Assembly: GCA_013265495.1 (NCBI GenBank)
Contig: MU058418.1
Span: 2,689,491 to 2,753,490, forward strand
Source of the DNA: Vicugna vicugna
Lineage: Eukaryota
Direction of reading: 5' to 3'
DNA length: 64,000 bases
Made by a program: the position numbers and the translations under genes. Positions 39,946 to 52,540 of this stretch are shown here, piece after piece (the first letter of the stretch is position 1; each line of letters opens with the position of its first letter). Under the pieces are notes generated by a model. It had not been told where the DNA came from. It worked only from the letters and a program-made list of their open reading frames with translations, and made no database searches.

Positions 39946-42900
39946 TTCACTGTAAGTCAGAAAGGACATTTAATTTTGCACTAGTTTATGTTCCTTTCGC
40001 CTTCACATTGGATTGTTTGTTTAGGGCTTGATCTTACTGGGTCTTAACTTGACTGGCCTAAGAGGGGAAATGAAAACCACACCTCTGCTTCTGGTGTTAC
40101 TACCCAGCCCATGGTCTTGTTCCTTCAGAATCATCGCATGCCAGGGCATGTCTTCCTAAGGTTTCCAATGTTTCTGGGAAAGCACATTGATCCAATCAGG
40201 TCTTTCCCTTCCCACTTTGACCTGCAGGATTCCAAACCATGTCCTTTCTTCCTTTTATTTCTGATACCTATGCCATGGACCCACATGACCCCTCTCTCCT
40301 TTACCTTTCTCATCCTGTTCTCTGAGGTCACTTTTCCACTTTCTCTTTAAAATATGCTTTTCATATTTCATATCAGCTCTATCACCTCTGGCTCCTTTTC
40401 ACTCACCACAGCCCTGATCACTTGACTATAGTTTGCACCATCAATTAGATACAAACCCAGTGGCAAAGCACACATCCCCCAACACCACCTTTAGGAATGT
40501 TCATAGTGCAAAAGAATTCTGCTGAGAATTCCCAGAGAGCAGCTCCCTCTGGGGGGTGGGAAGGCAATGGAGCAGAAGGCCAGGAGGAAATATTCCTCCT
40601 CCCACCCACCCAAGAGAGGGAGACAAATCTGAAAGAATGTTGCTGTTGCTAGGAGAGAATGCAGGAGAAATAGTTCCCGTCACAAAGGGCAGCCAGGAGA
40701 AAAGAACTGGACAACAAAGAGGGGGGACAAGTGTGTCTTGCTAATACTGCGGGTGTGTTGCTACCATTAGCTGCTTCAACCACAAAGCATGAGATCACTG
40801 GAATGGGTTTTTAATAGCTTCAGTTCTTATTTTAATGTCTTTATGGGTTTTTAATTCGGCATTTAATGTGGGGAAATAGTATGTAAAAATCAGGAAACAA
40901 ATTTCCATTATGGCCATAACTTTGGCCCATCAGGTATCACACAGCACTTAACTATCTCTGCAGTGCTTGTTTACCAGCCTAAGTCCTACAGCAGATGCAG
41001 GGATGGGAACGTGGATGGAGAATTAGTTATTTTTGCCTCCCTGCTCTAAACAGTCTTGGTATGGAGAAGAGCTCAGTAAAATAAATGTAACTGAAGGTTT
41101 CAAGGACCTTGTGATGCTAGACTTGGTAAAAATGGACCCAACATTCAGGTACCCCACATTTCAGACAGGCACCCCCATTGGCTATACACCAAATACCCAT
41201 TCTGCTCTCCTGCCTCTCTGACTTTGCTCATGATAATTCACCCTGCCTGAAAAGAACACTGTTGCCTTGTCCTGAAGATGAGAAGGTCCTGGGAAGATTT
41301 GGAAAAAGGCAAGCTGAACAGTTAGGATTTTAGTTAAGGGGCAGTGGGGAGTTCTTGATGGTTTTGGAGCAGAAGACACTGGTATGGATTCAAGGTAGAG
41401 TTGGATTATACCTTTATAGACCCTAAGAATGCAGACTGGGGCTCTCCCCACCCCCATCTATATACTTCAGAAGGAAAGCAGAGGACCACATGGTAAAACA
41501 CAAAACATCAGATATGTTGACAATGAAAAAGCTTGATTCTACATCTTCTGAATGTAGAATTATGAGTGCAGAAAGAGAACTCTTTTCTAGTTCTTTCTCT
41601 ACCTCTCTTTACCACCCAAGACTGAGATGGATCCCTTTCTTTACTGTAGAACATATTCCCAAAAATGTATAAAATTTTATAAGGTTTGAACACAGATTTA
41701 ACCAAATAAAGCAGTCATTGTCCAACTATGCATTTTCTTCACACAATATTAGATAACTGTATAGCATAATTATTTCATAACAAATCCTCTCACGTTTGCT
41801 GCAGACTCAGAATGCACTGAGAGTAACCTCATAATACATCTCACGTCTTTCTTGAACTTTTAAAAGCAACACTGATAAAATTTTAAGGGAATCTTCATTT
41901 TGCATATTTATTACATTGGATTAGAGCCTTCCTAAATTTGGTAGACAATAATGAAAATAGTTCGCAAACCACCCAGTCATATTCCAGCATTTAATTTTAC
42001 CATAAAGGGAGAACTAGTCAGATTTGGGCATCTATATGACGAATCAAGTCCTTCATTTTGCCTAATTCTGATTTAAAAAGCAAATGGATGTTGATTTCAC
42101 AAGGTCCTTCAGCCCTAAGCTTTCTTAATAATGAAATTAAATATGAAAAGGAGATACCTTAAGGTTTCACTGATAGGAAATAAAAATCAAAACTAAATCC
42201 ACAATCTGTCACAATCATATCTCTTTAAAACAGAGAAACCCCCCTTTAACACAAAAGTCTCCATCTTTTTGGCCACCATGCTTTAATGAAATACAACTAT
42301 TTCTTTGTAGCCTGTTTCAAATACCACGTTAAACAAAGAGGAGAGGTTTCATTGTCTTTCAGGTTTTAACATCCCAGGATAAATTGGCTGTTCGTCTATT
42401 ATTCATCTGTGGCTGTTAGAAATTTAGTCTTTATTACTGACAGGGGTAAAACTTAGTGGGGCAGATCAATAGAAGTATTTCTACAATAATAGAAGGTAGG
42501 AAGATAATGATTAGCCATATCCTTAAAAAAAAAAAAAAAGAAACTGCATTTCATTAGTATTTCATGTGCCAGGAAAGGCTTTTTGAGTTATTGAATAAAA
42601 GACAGCTCCTAAGGTTCAACAGCTTCATGTACCATACAAATTTCCTGCAACTCTGAAACCTAACTGCCTAGCAAAAACAAACAAACAAACAAAGCAACAA
42701 ACAAGAAAGAAAGCAAAAGAAAAGCATAGTCCATGCATGGTCCACTCTCAGAACCAGAGGAGAGCCTCCATAATTAATGCACTCATGAACCCGTCACTCG
42801 TCAATGCTAAGCCCTGCATTACCACATTGAAGGTCATCAGCAGCCATAATATCACAAGAGACAGAAGAAAAGACACACTGAACAAGATGCTTCAGTGACA

Positions 42901-44776
42901 AGACAAACAGCTCTGCTCTCAGAAGACTGACTGCTTGGACTAGCTTCACACTTTGGCCCCACATGGTTTCTTTGGAAACTACTTGTCATGAAATTTTATG
43001 ATCTGTTAAAAAAAAAGTATAAAGATATTTCTTACCTACCTCACAAGGATGTTGGAAATATTAAAATTAGATAGTTGTTAAAGTGTTTCTAATTCTCCTA
43101 GGAAAGACTGAAGAAATGCTCTGTGGATAAACGTGTTCGTTGGAACCTTAAAATAGTCATAATGATCCCATCCCACAGCCTTCTCCCTTTAAAAGCCCAG
43201 GATTCTGCTGACCAAGCAATCAGTTACCATGCCTCTAAATAGATCTTTAAAATTATCCCACTTGAAGCCCAAAAGTATTTAATACATGGCTGACAAAAAG
43301 AAAAAGGAATTGCACCACCCCTCCAAACACTTCCTGGATTAGTCAGAAGAGAAATTTCAGCAGCCCTGCCTTGTCTAGAGGTGGAAATATTCTCATTACT
43401 CACTCCTTTCCTTTCCTCTAAACACATTTTCCTTTGTCTACTTCCAAATACAAGGCCTAGCAAATGCATTGCCCACTGTTGACACACCCTCTTTACATCT
43501 GTCCATATTAGCATGTACTATTCTTTCACTTAAGGTCTAATGGGTAAAGTCATGACCCACCCTCGGCAGCAAACACTTCTAACTCCAGCAGAGACCCAAT
43601 ATATGTAGATTTCCGAAACATTTCCACCTTTTACTCCATAACCCTCCCCAGCTCCAATACTACATAATCAAAACCAACTTTCAACTGAGACCAGCAACTC
43701 ATTCGAATTAAGCTGTAAATCAATAGTGTCTGCCTAAGGACTATGCCTTCCTAAATGTTTTACTTTGGATGCCTCTCCTTTTGACTGTGATGTACCTTCC
43801 TTCCCCATCTTTCATATATATTCATTCCCACAACCTCTCTCCAGTGAACAGGGCAGACAGGAAATTTTACTTCTGTTAAAAATCACTATACATAAGAGGT
43901 GGTCCAACACAGGTGTGATACTCATAGTTCAGAGGAGGGGAAATAGGCCTCAATTAAAGAACTGAAATTCTAAGAATGAAATTTCAGGTAAAATTTGAGA
44001 GAAGTAAACTCAGGGAACAGAAGACATCCCCTGAAGTCACCTGACTGGGGTGCAACCTATTCTATCTATGGCTAACCTAATTTGACCACTGGACTGCATG
44101 GTTCCAAGCACTTAGAACTGGGTAGTGGAGATGATGGTGCTGGCTTCTCAGGCACCTGGCATGGTTGGTATATAGTATTTATTTGCAGACAACAGATGCT
44201 ACACTTGAGTTAATGTAAGCAGGAAAGTATTTATTTCCAAGTATTATGAGTATACCAAGTATTTCCTAAATCATGGAAGAGTAGAGGAACAGGTGCTAAC
44301 TGGGCTACCGAGAACAACCACCAACTACCTCTGCCATTGTTGGGAAAGCAGCTACCATTGCTGTCAGATGCAGGAGAACCAGGAAATGGCTGAGGCTGAG
44401 AACCATGACGCCTCTGCCACCCTCTGCTCCAGCAGGAGTGGTTGTTTCTGGCCCTACCAGTTTGCACACTTAATTCCAAATCCAGGTTTCATGCAAATAT
44501 ACCAGTCCAAAAGAATCTAAATCACAAATGGAACCTTGTAAGAGAAGCTGTAAGAGTTTCTAGGAGATGTAGTTTTTAGCTTTCAAGATTCTACATCACA
44601 GAAAAGCACATTATAAGGACACTGGAATACGTTTTGATCAATTCATAGACTCCGTCACCAGCAAAGCCCATTAACAATTCACAGGAAATAAAACTAGAAA
44701 ATGGGTAGTGACATAAATTCTAACCTTTTTTTCCCTTTGCGTTCAGTCTAGTTTCACTTGCTTATACGGCAGGGCA

Positions 44777-45209
44777 TGTAGCAGCCTCACCCCGGCCCTT
44801 TAAACCCCAGTTCCCAGGGCAAAATGGCTGCTACAGTCCCCTCAGCTTGGCGGATGGCGCGCAGGAGCACTGCGGCAACAGTAACGACAGTCAAAATGGC
44901 GGCGGCGGGCTGTGTGCAGAGACGCCGCGCAGGCACTGCCATCTGGCGCTGGGAGCAGCGCAGCTGCGTTGGACACGCGAGAACTCCGCCCTCTCCCCCT
45001 CCCCACTCACGAGATCCCTATAAAGCAGCCCCGCCCACAGCCTCAGGGACAGCCTGTGCTCTAGAGCAGAAACTCACACCTCTCCATTCTTAGATCGAAG
45101 AATAAAACTTTCCTTCACTTCTGAACTGAACTCAATCTCATTCTATTGGCTCCAATGACACCAGGCAGAAGGACCCTGGTGGAGGCCTGACTTAAAAGGG
45201 TCAGTAACA
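44777..45209 (+). mobile_element. Solo LTR, CpG-rich, with intact promoter motifs (family not firmly assigned)
   Basis: TGTAGC...GTAACA termini, TATAAA 45019-45024, AATAAA 45101-45106. The R/U5 region is homologous to the inverted LTR at 46073-46614. No TSD recognisable. Confidence 0.8.
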
Positions 45210-45389
45210 AATCTACTACATTATATTCCTAATGAGTGAAGTTCCAATAAAACTGAAGACCAATCTTGAAATAGCAAAACATGTTACTTTTAAGTATTTT
45301 CTATGAAACATTTTTTTTCAAGTGCTTTCCACTTTTCCAGCCTCAATTTTTAAAAAAGACTAAATGCAATTAATTTTTTATCAGTGACC

Positions 45390-48300
45390 CCAAATCATAA
45401 CCATAAAAGTTACTGTGTTGCAAATAGCACACGCATACACACAAACGTATTTATAACAAAATAAAGAGGAATACATGTGACATCCTTGTTTCTATAACTG
45501 ATCACATGGTCATATCTGGTACCTTCTGCCACCACCCACTCTCGACTCCCTTGACCTTCAGCAAGCATCTCCACTGGTTGTGGATCTTTGTCTGATGGAG
45601 TGACCCAAACTTTCATTCCAGAAAGGTCTGGGCCATTAGTTGTCCTGCCTGGATTGGGCTATTGCAGTTTTCCACTGACCTTAGTCACAGGGTATGGTAA
45701 TACTGAGACATGCCCTAAGGGAACTCCTGTACTTAAGACATTCTCTCCCTTACCTCCACTGAGAAGCAGCAGACAAATTTCCCCTTAGTAGTCAGGACCC
45801 AACACCCCAGCCAATACTGTAACTCCCTTCTTTGCCTGCTCATTCAGAGGCATGAGGAGCCCAAAGTGAGCAGGCATTAGTAGTTGTTACTTCCAGTTTA
45901 ATGGAATCACTGTTGTATCTCCTGGTGGAAGCAATACTTCAGGCTGAAACTAAGACTTCTCAGCTAGCAGAGCATAAGGGTGTGGGAACAAGAAGCAAAA
46001 ATATTGCTAGTGGGTCACTAGGGGTAATAGTGAGTGGTGATGCTCCCATTTCCACCCCTTCATTCCTGGACCTGTTACTGACCTTTTTGAGTCAAGCCCC
46101 AACACAAGGATCATCCTGCCTAGTGTTGCTCGGACCAGTAGAATCAGACTGAGCTCAGTTCAGAAGCAAAGGAAAGCTTTATTCTTTCATCAAAGAATGG
46201 AGAGCCTCCATCGTGCTCTAGACCACATACACTCCATGCAGCCATGGGCAGGGCTGCTTTACAGGATTCTCATCTGCAGAAGGGGTGGATTCTCTCTGGG
46301 AGGACGCATTCTTGTTGCTCACAGCTCCTCAGACTGAAGTGCCAGGCACAGCATCTCTGCACACAGCCCACCACTACCATCTTGAATCGCAGTGTCATGC
46401 ACAGAGCTTCTGCACAGGGTCCTCAAAGTTGGGGTATTCAGTTCACAGCAGCTCTGAGCTGGGAACTGTAATCAATGTGTTAGCTGCAAGGCCTTTGCAC
46501 AGGGCTCCCTGTAGGTGAGGGAAACTAGACTTAGCACGAAAGAAGAGGTTAGACCTTATCACCTAGATGCCGTCTTATTTTTCCCGGGGACCCTGGTGGG
46601 CTTTACCAGTGACAGACCCATGATTACTGGCTATCAGAGAAACAGGACCATACATTGGATGCTGATTCAGAGCACACATAGTTTCCTAGAGAACAAAACA
46701 GTCTTCAAAAGGCCTTTCCATCGTTCCATCCAACCAATTACTCCAGGATGGTGGCGAACATGGTAGGAACAGTGAGTCCTGTGAGCTTGGGCCCACTGTC
46801 ATACTTCTTTGCTGTGAAGCGAGTTTCTTGATCAGAAGCAGTGCTATGGGATACCATGACAGTGGATAAAGCATTCAGCAAGTCCACAGATGATAGTTTT
46901 GGTGGAAGCATTGTGTTCCGGAAAGGCAAATCCATGTCTGGAGTAAATGTCTATTCCAGTGAAAACAAAACATGCTCCTTCCACGATGGAAGTGGTTCAA
47001 TGTACTCAGTCTGCCAGCGGGTGGTTGACTGATCACCCCAGGCAATGATGCCATATCAGGGACTCAGTGTTGGTCTCTACTGCTGGCAGTTTAGGTTCTT
47101 AGCAGTAGCCATAGTCAGGTTGGCCGTGGTGAATGGAAGTTCATGTTGCTGAGCCCATATATAACCTCGTCCCTGACACAGTGGTGACTTTGTTCATGAG
47201 TCACTGAGCCATAACAGGGGTGGCTGGGGAAAGAGACTGATTTGTATCCACAATATAGATTATCCTCTCAGCTCGATTATTAAAATCCTCCTCTGCTGAG
47301 GTCACACGGGATATAAATTCCTTCATATTCTTCTGCACACTTACAGAGATCTATCCACATACCTCTTCCCCAAATATCCTTGTCGCCAATTTTCCAGTCA
47401 TGTTCCTTCTGAGTCCCTAGCCATCCAGCCAAACCACAAGCCGTAGCCCATGAATCAATATATACCACACATCTAGCCATTTCTCCTTTCAAGCAGAGCA
47501 CCTAGCCAGAAGCACTGGCCAAAGCTGTGCCACTGGGAGGATTTCTCTTCACTACTGTCCTTTAGTGACCTTCCAGGAAGGGGTTCTAGGGCTGCCCACT
47601 TGTGGGTGGTGTCTGCATATCATGCAGAATCCTCTGTAAATCAGCGTCTGGGAGAGAGGAGGCAGTGTAGCAGGAGCGGGGGCCATGGGCATTGGGCCAC
47701 TTCTTCACATAACTTATCTGTGTCTTCAGGGCCTGCTTGGACCTAGTCACATACGTACTGCTCCCATTTGATGATGGAGTACTGCTGTGTGTGCTCAGCC
47801 TTATGGCTTGGTGGGTCAGATAACACCCAGTTTTTGTTGTACAGTTCATATCACATGGTAACACAGTGACCTGTGGTCAAGTGTTCGATTTATACTGAGG
47901 CCCAAGATCTGTTTCTCAAAAGGAGAATATTTATCTGCAGAGGACGGCAGAGATTTGTTTCAAAATCCTAAGGGCCTGTGCTGCGATTCACCTATAGGGG
48001 CTGCTAAAGGCTCCAAACAGCACCTCTATCAACCGCTGGCACTGCAAGTACCAGTGGATCTCCTGGATCACGTGGCCCCACGTAGCAGAGCAGCCAGCAT
48101 GGCAGCCTGGACCTGTGACAGAGCCTTCTCTTGCCCTGGGCTCCACTCAAAACTAGCAGCTTTTTGAATCACTTGGTAAATGTGCCAGGGAAATACACCC
48201 AAATGAGGAATATGTTGCCTCCAAAATCCAAAGAGACCCACTAGGCATTGCATCTCTATTTATTTATAAGAAAGGCCAGATGCAACACTTACCCTTTACC

Positions 48301-49203
48301 TAGAATGGATATCTCAACATGCCCCACACAACTGGACCCCTCGAAATTTCAGTAAGGCAGAAGGCCGCTGAATTTTTGTCACATTTATCCCACTCTCTGA
48401 CATGTAAATGTCTTACAATGAATCTAGAGTAGTTGCTACTTCTCAATCCAATCAGTATAATGTCATCCACGTAGTGGACCAGAGCGATTATCTTGTGGAA
48501 GGGAAAAGCAATCACGATCCCTGCAAACTGAACTATGGCAGGGCTGGAGAGTTGATATGCCCCTGAAATAGGACAGTAAAGGTTTATTGCTGGCCCTGCC
48601 AGATGAAAATGAACTGCTTCTGGTAGACCTATGGGCAGAGATGGAGAAAAGGCATTTGTCAGTTCAATAGTTGTCTACAGGGGATGTGCTAAGTGCTAGG
48701 TGACAGGGGATGTGCTAATGTTCTCAAGCAATAAAACCACATCTGGCTCAGCAGCTGCAATCGGTGTCACCACCTGGTTAAGCTTACAATAATCCACTGT
48801 CATTCTCAGAGATCCAACTGTCTTCTGCGCAAACCAGACAGGCAAGTTGCATGGAGGTGTGGTGAAAACCACCACCTCTACCTCTTTCAAGCCCCTATTT
48901 GTGACATTCATCTCTGCAGACCCTCCAGGAATGTTGTATTGCTTTGGCTTTACAATTTTCCTAGGTTGAGTCAATTCTAGTGGCTTGTCCTTTCCCACCA
49001 TAACAGTTCCCACTCCACAGATCAGGAAACCAGTGTGAGGATTCTGCCTGCTGCTAAGTATATCTACAGTAATTATGCATTCCAGAACTGGCGAGTTAAT
49101 CACAGGATGGGTTTGGGGACCTACTGGGCCCGCTGTGAGACAGATCTGAACTAATAATCCATCAATCCTCTGACATCCATAAGCCCTTACCCTGACTGGT
49201 CAC
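45390..49203 (-). mobile_element. Decayed ERV-L internal region: protease end, RT, RNase H, integrase, dUTPase
   Basis: Fragmented ORFs: KQYNIPGG/NLPVW..KT.GSLRMTVDYCKLNQVVTPIAAA (RT), LVHYVDDIILIG (YxDD), LVGLFGFWRQHIPHLG, YIDSWA..GLAGW..DWKIGDKDIWGRGMWIDL (RNase H), HSTASDQETRFTAK (integrase), KVWVTP.DKDPQPVEMLAEG (3' region). Many stops and frameshifts. Confidence 0.92.
46073..46614 (-). mobile_element. Solo LTR inserted into the ERV-L pol relic
   Basis: Minus strand TGTCAC...GTAACA. 4-bp TSD GACC at 46069-46072 and 46615-46618. Minus-strand AATAAA at 46178-46183. ERV-L sequence resumes on both sides. Confidence 0.82.
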
Positions 49204-49214
49204 TCACATGACTA

Positions 49215-49880
49215 TGGAGAAGGCTGATTATGTCTCCCTTCTTGCTTTCTTGCCCCTCAATTCAGTTTATTCTCCACCCAGCAAACAGAGTAATACCAGA
49301 TTATGTCATTTCTTTGTCCTCAACTCTGATCGCTTCCCATTTCACTTAGTACAAAATCCAAAACCCTTACCATGGCCCCGAATCAGCCCTGTGTCTACAT
49401 GTCTGACCCAATTTCCCCCCACTCTCCTTCCTGCTCACAGTACCTCACCACACTCCACTGTGTGTGTGGTTCTTCACACTAGGGAGTACACTCCACTCCC
49501 TCCTCAGGACCTTGGCACCTGCTGTTCCTTTTGTACCATGTGAATATCTGGGGGAAGAACATTCCCCCAGATATTCATATGGATCCTAATTTCCTCATTT
49601 TACTCAGGTATCTGTTCAAATGCCACCTGCTCAGAGAAGCCTAACCAAACCACTCGATGTAAAATAGCAGCCTTTGAGTTTCCCTATTTGCTTAAAAAGA
49701 GGTTTTTTTTCATTGCACTTAACACCTTTGAACATGAGGGTATGTACTTATGTATGCTGCTTCTCTCAATGGAATATAAGCTCCATGAAGACGAAACCTT
49801 TGTCTCATTTACCACTCCTGCCCTGAGTTTGGGAACACTTTCCAGCACATCATAAGCATTTAATAAATATGCCTCAGAGT
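49215..49880 (+). mobile_element. L2 LINE 3' fragment
   Basis: CTTCCCATTTCACTTAG..AAAATCCAAA...CCTCAGGACCTTGGCACCTGCTGTTCC...GAATATAAGCTCCATGAAG...AATAAATAT. Confidence 0.75.
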
Positions 49881-50703
49881 AATTAATTAATTATTAACTT
49901 AGCATATCTGGGGCACCACCAATTTAGGGTCACCTACCTCAGAGCATAACGTAGTGAACTATCTCATGATCCCTGGTCAGAGCTCTTCCATAACCCTGTT
50001 CTAAAACTCCACCCATCTCCTCAAGCTCCTTCCCAGTCCTGCAGTTCCTCACTTATGATTAGCAAAAAACTCCGCTGCCCATTTTACAGGGAACAATGAA
50101 GCTCATCAGATGAGAATTCCAGCAAAGTCTTTACTCACCCTTACAAATGTAATGACATGCACGTCCCCGTCAGCTGGTTTTTTCTCTGTCTCAGAGGAAG
50201 AGTTCTCTCAACCACCCTTCCTCCACCTTCTCCAGGGATCTTACACATCAATTAACTCTCTGTAGTTGGATCTTCAATTTCCCCTACTCTAGGGACTGTT
50301 TCCTTCTGCATTTGGCATTTTTAAGTCTCCCATTTTAAACGTCCCATGGCTTGGATGAGGGTGGGTCTCCCTCGCACCATCAGGCTTTAACAGGATTGAC
50401 TGTTAGGCTGAGGGTCCAGGTCAGAGGTCCTGCGACTTGAATGGAGTTGGCTGAATTGCCATGGCAGGCCAGAGCTCACCGCCCATCTTTTGCCCTAGTC
50501 CAGGTTTCCGCCCCTTCCACAGGCTCAGGTGGCTGAGGTTCCAGCAGGTCCATGCCACAGCACAAAGTGTTATAATAATATGTACCTGGCATGGCCCAAA
50601 GCCTGGTTCTCAGGCTTAGCTGTTCATCAGAAAGCTCTTGGAGTAGATTTCAAAAATATACGTTTCCAGGTCCCACCCCCTGATTTATTAGGTCTAGAAT
50701 CTG

Positions 50704-50825
50704 GTTTTTTTTTTTATTGAGTTACAATTAACATACAATATTATATTAATTTCAAGTGTACAACATAGGGAGTCAGTATTTTTATACTTTATGAAATGAT
50801 CACTGCAGTAAGACCAGTTACCACC
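50704..50825 (-). mobile_element. Very short L1 tail inserted into a MER5-like element
   Basis: Poly(T) then ATTGAGTTACAATTAACATACAATATTATATTAATTTCAAGTGTACAACATAG. Flanked by CT(A/G)GAATCTG at 50694-50703 and 50826-50835. Confidence 0.7.
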
Positions 50826-51337
50826 CTGGAATCTGTATTAAAAGACCACAAAACAGGGAAGAGACATAGCTTTCAGCTGCTCCCATACCAGAGGGTACCC
50901 TTACACTCCATCAAGATCCCAGCTTAGTAGAATAACACCTGTGAGATGTGCAGACTTGGATGGGAGCACAGACACCATGGCTTTACTCCTAAGAAAATGT
51001 TCTTCATCCTATTCCTTCTAGCTGATTGGATAATTCAACTGCCTGAGAATCCAGGCCATCAGTGTATTCTCTGTGGTATTCTCAAGCTGTGAGATTTTAG
51101 TAGTAGATAGATTTTCACAGTTTTTAAGGAAAATCAATCAGAAAGCCAACAAGAAAGGCTTAGTAGTCTTTTCTACTTTAAACTGGAATAATCTGCCCAT
51201 TGATGTCACATTCATAGTTTACTCTCCCACGCATTCACCAAATGCTTATTGAGAAGCAGCCGTGGTGTTTGGAGCTCAGTGTAAAGTGTTAAACAAATCA
51301 GACTTATTTCTGCCCAAATGGAGCTTACAGTTTAATG

Positions 51338-51552
51338 CAGGGCAATCTACAGCCTTCTGGTCAAATTTGGCCCTCTGCCTGTTTTTGTAGGTAAAGTTCT
51401 ATTGGAAGACAGTGGTGACTATTGTTTGCACATTATCTCAGGCTACAGTGGCAGAGTTGAGGAGGTGAGTGGTTACAACATAAACTATGTGGCTGGCAAA
51501 GCCTGAAACATTTACTATTTGGGTCCTTTACAGAAGCAATTTGCCTCCCCTG
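51338..51552 (-). mobile_element. MER58A-like hAT-Charlie element
   Basis: GCCTGTTTTTGTAGGTAAAGTTCTATTGGAA...GCAAAGCCTGAAACATTTACTATTTGGGTCCTTTACAGAA...CCCCTG is the reverse of the element at 1265. Confidence 0.8.
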
Positions 51553-52219
51553 GTCTAGTGGATAGTTGAAATCTGTTTTCTCATCACAGGGATACACCTG
51601 TTTTTTGTTAGCAGACTTAGACAAGTTTTTGGTTGAAAGGAGAGGATCTGTTTAAAGGACTCAGAGAGGAAGGGGAATTATGATAAAAATATTTCCCTAC
51701 AGAATCCATGTACAAGAAATTAAATACAGGCATTACTTTTACAGCCATACAGATTGGCCATAGTTCAATTCTATTAATTCAAGGACAAAATATGCATTAC
51801 TAAGGACACGATTGGTTACAACAGGATCTTGACCAGATGTCGATAATATATTCATAAGGTAACACTAATGTAAGAACACAAGAGCTTTGTTTGGGTGGTT
51901 TTGACTTTGTCTATCCTACTAAGGGGGAGATAACAAATATAAAGGAGATAAGGTTATGTAAAATGTCCCCAATTTAGGAAAAGCAAGGACAAGATTTCTA
52001 AGTAAATCTAGAAGTAACCAAGTGCTGGATTTGCTCCATGATGTTAAGATTTTACTCTTATAGGTATAAAATATATCTTTATTATTGAAATTACTGGAGA
52101 AAAGATAACTTCTTTTGGGGGGAATCTGAAACTCTTCACGTCCCATGTCCTTTCTCTTCTTAATTTGATAATTTTTGAAAGGCAGTTTTTAAAAACGTGA
52201 GGTTTCAGAGGAATATAGA

Positions 52220-52540
52220 ATTGACTGTCTAGCCAGACATCATGAGAAGTGGAATTGGGTCAGGACCTGGGTCTCTCTTGATGCCTCCCTAGAGGTACAT
52301 GGCCCCTTGAGCTTCCTTCTCTGCTTTTCTCTGCCTCCTCTCTCCTGCTTGGCTTCCTCTACATAAACCTGAACAACCTAGACTGTTGGCCCAAGTCTCC
52401 GTGTCTCCAGAGCCACACCAGCCCAGAGCTGTCTAAATCCAGGCTTTACTATGTGATGGAGAAATGCATGCCTGTCTTGTTTAAGCAACTTCTTGAGGGA
52501 GTTTCTGTTACTTGCAACTGAACCTAAACATAATTTATAG
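52220..52540 (+). mobile_element. MLT1-type MaLR LTR fragment
   Basis: Ends TCTTGTTTAAGCAACT...TTTCTGTTACTTGCAACTGAACCTAA, as in MLT1 3' ends. Confidence 0.55.
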
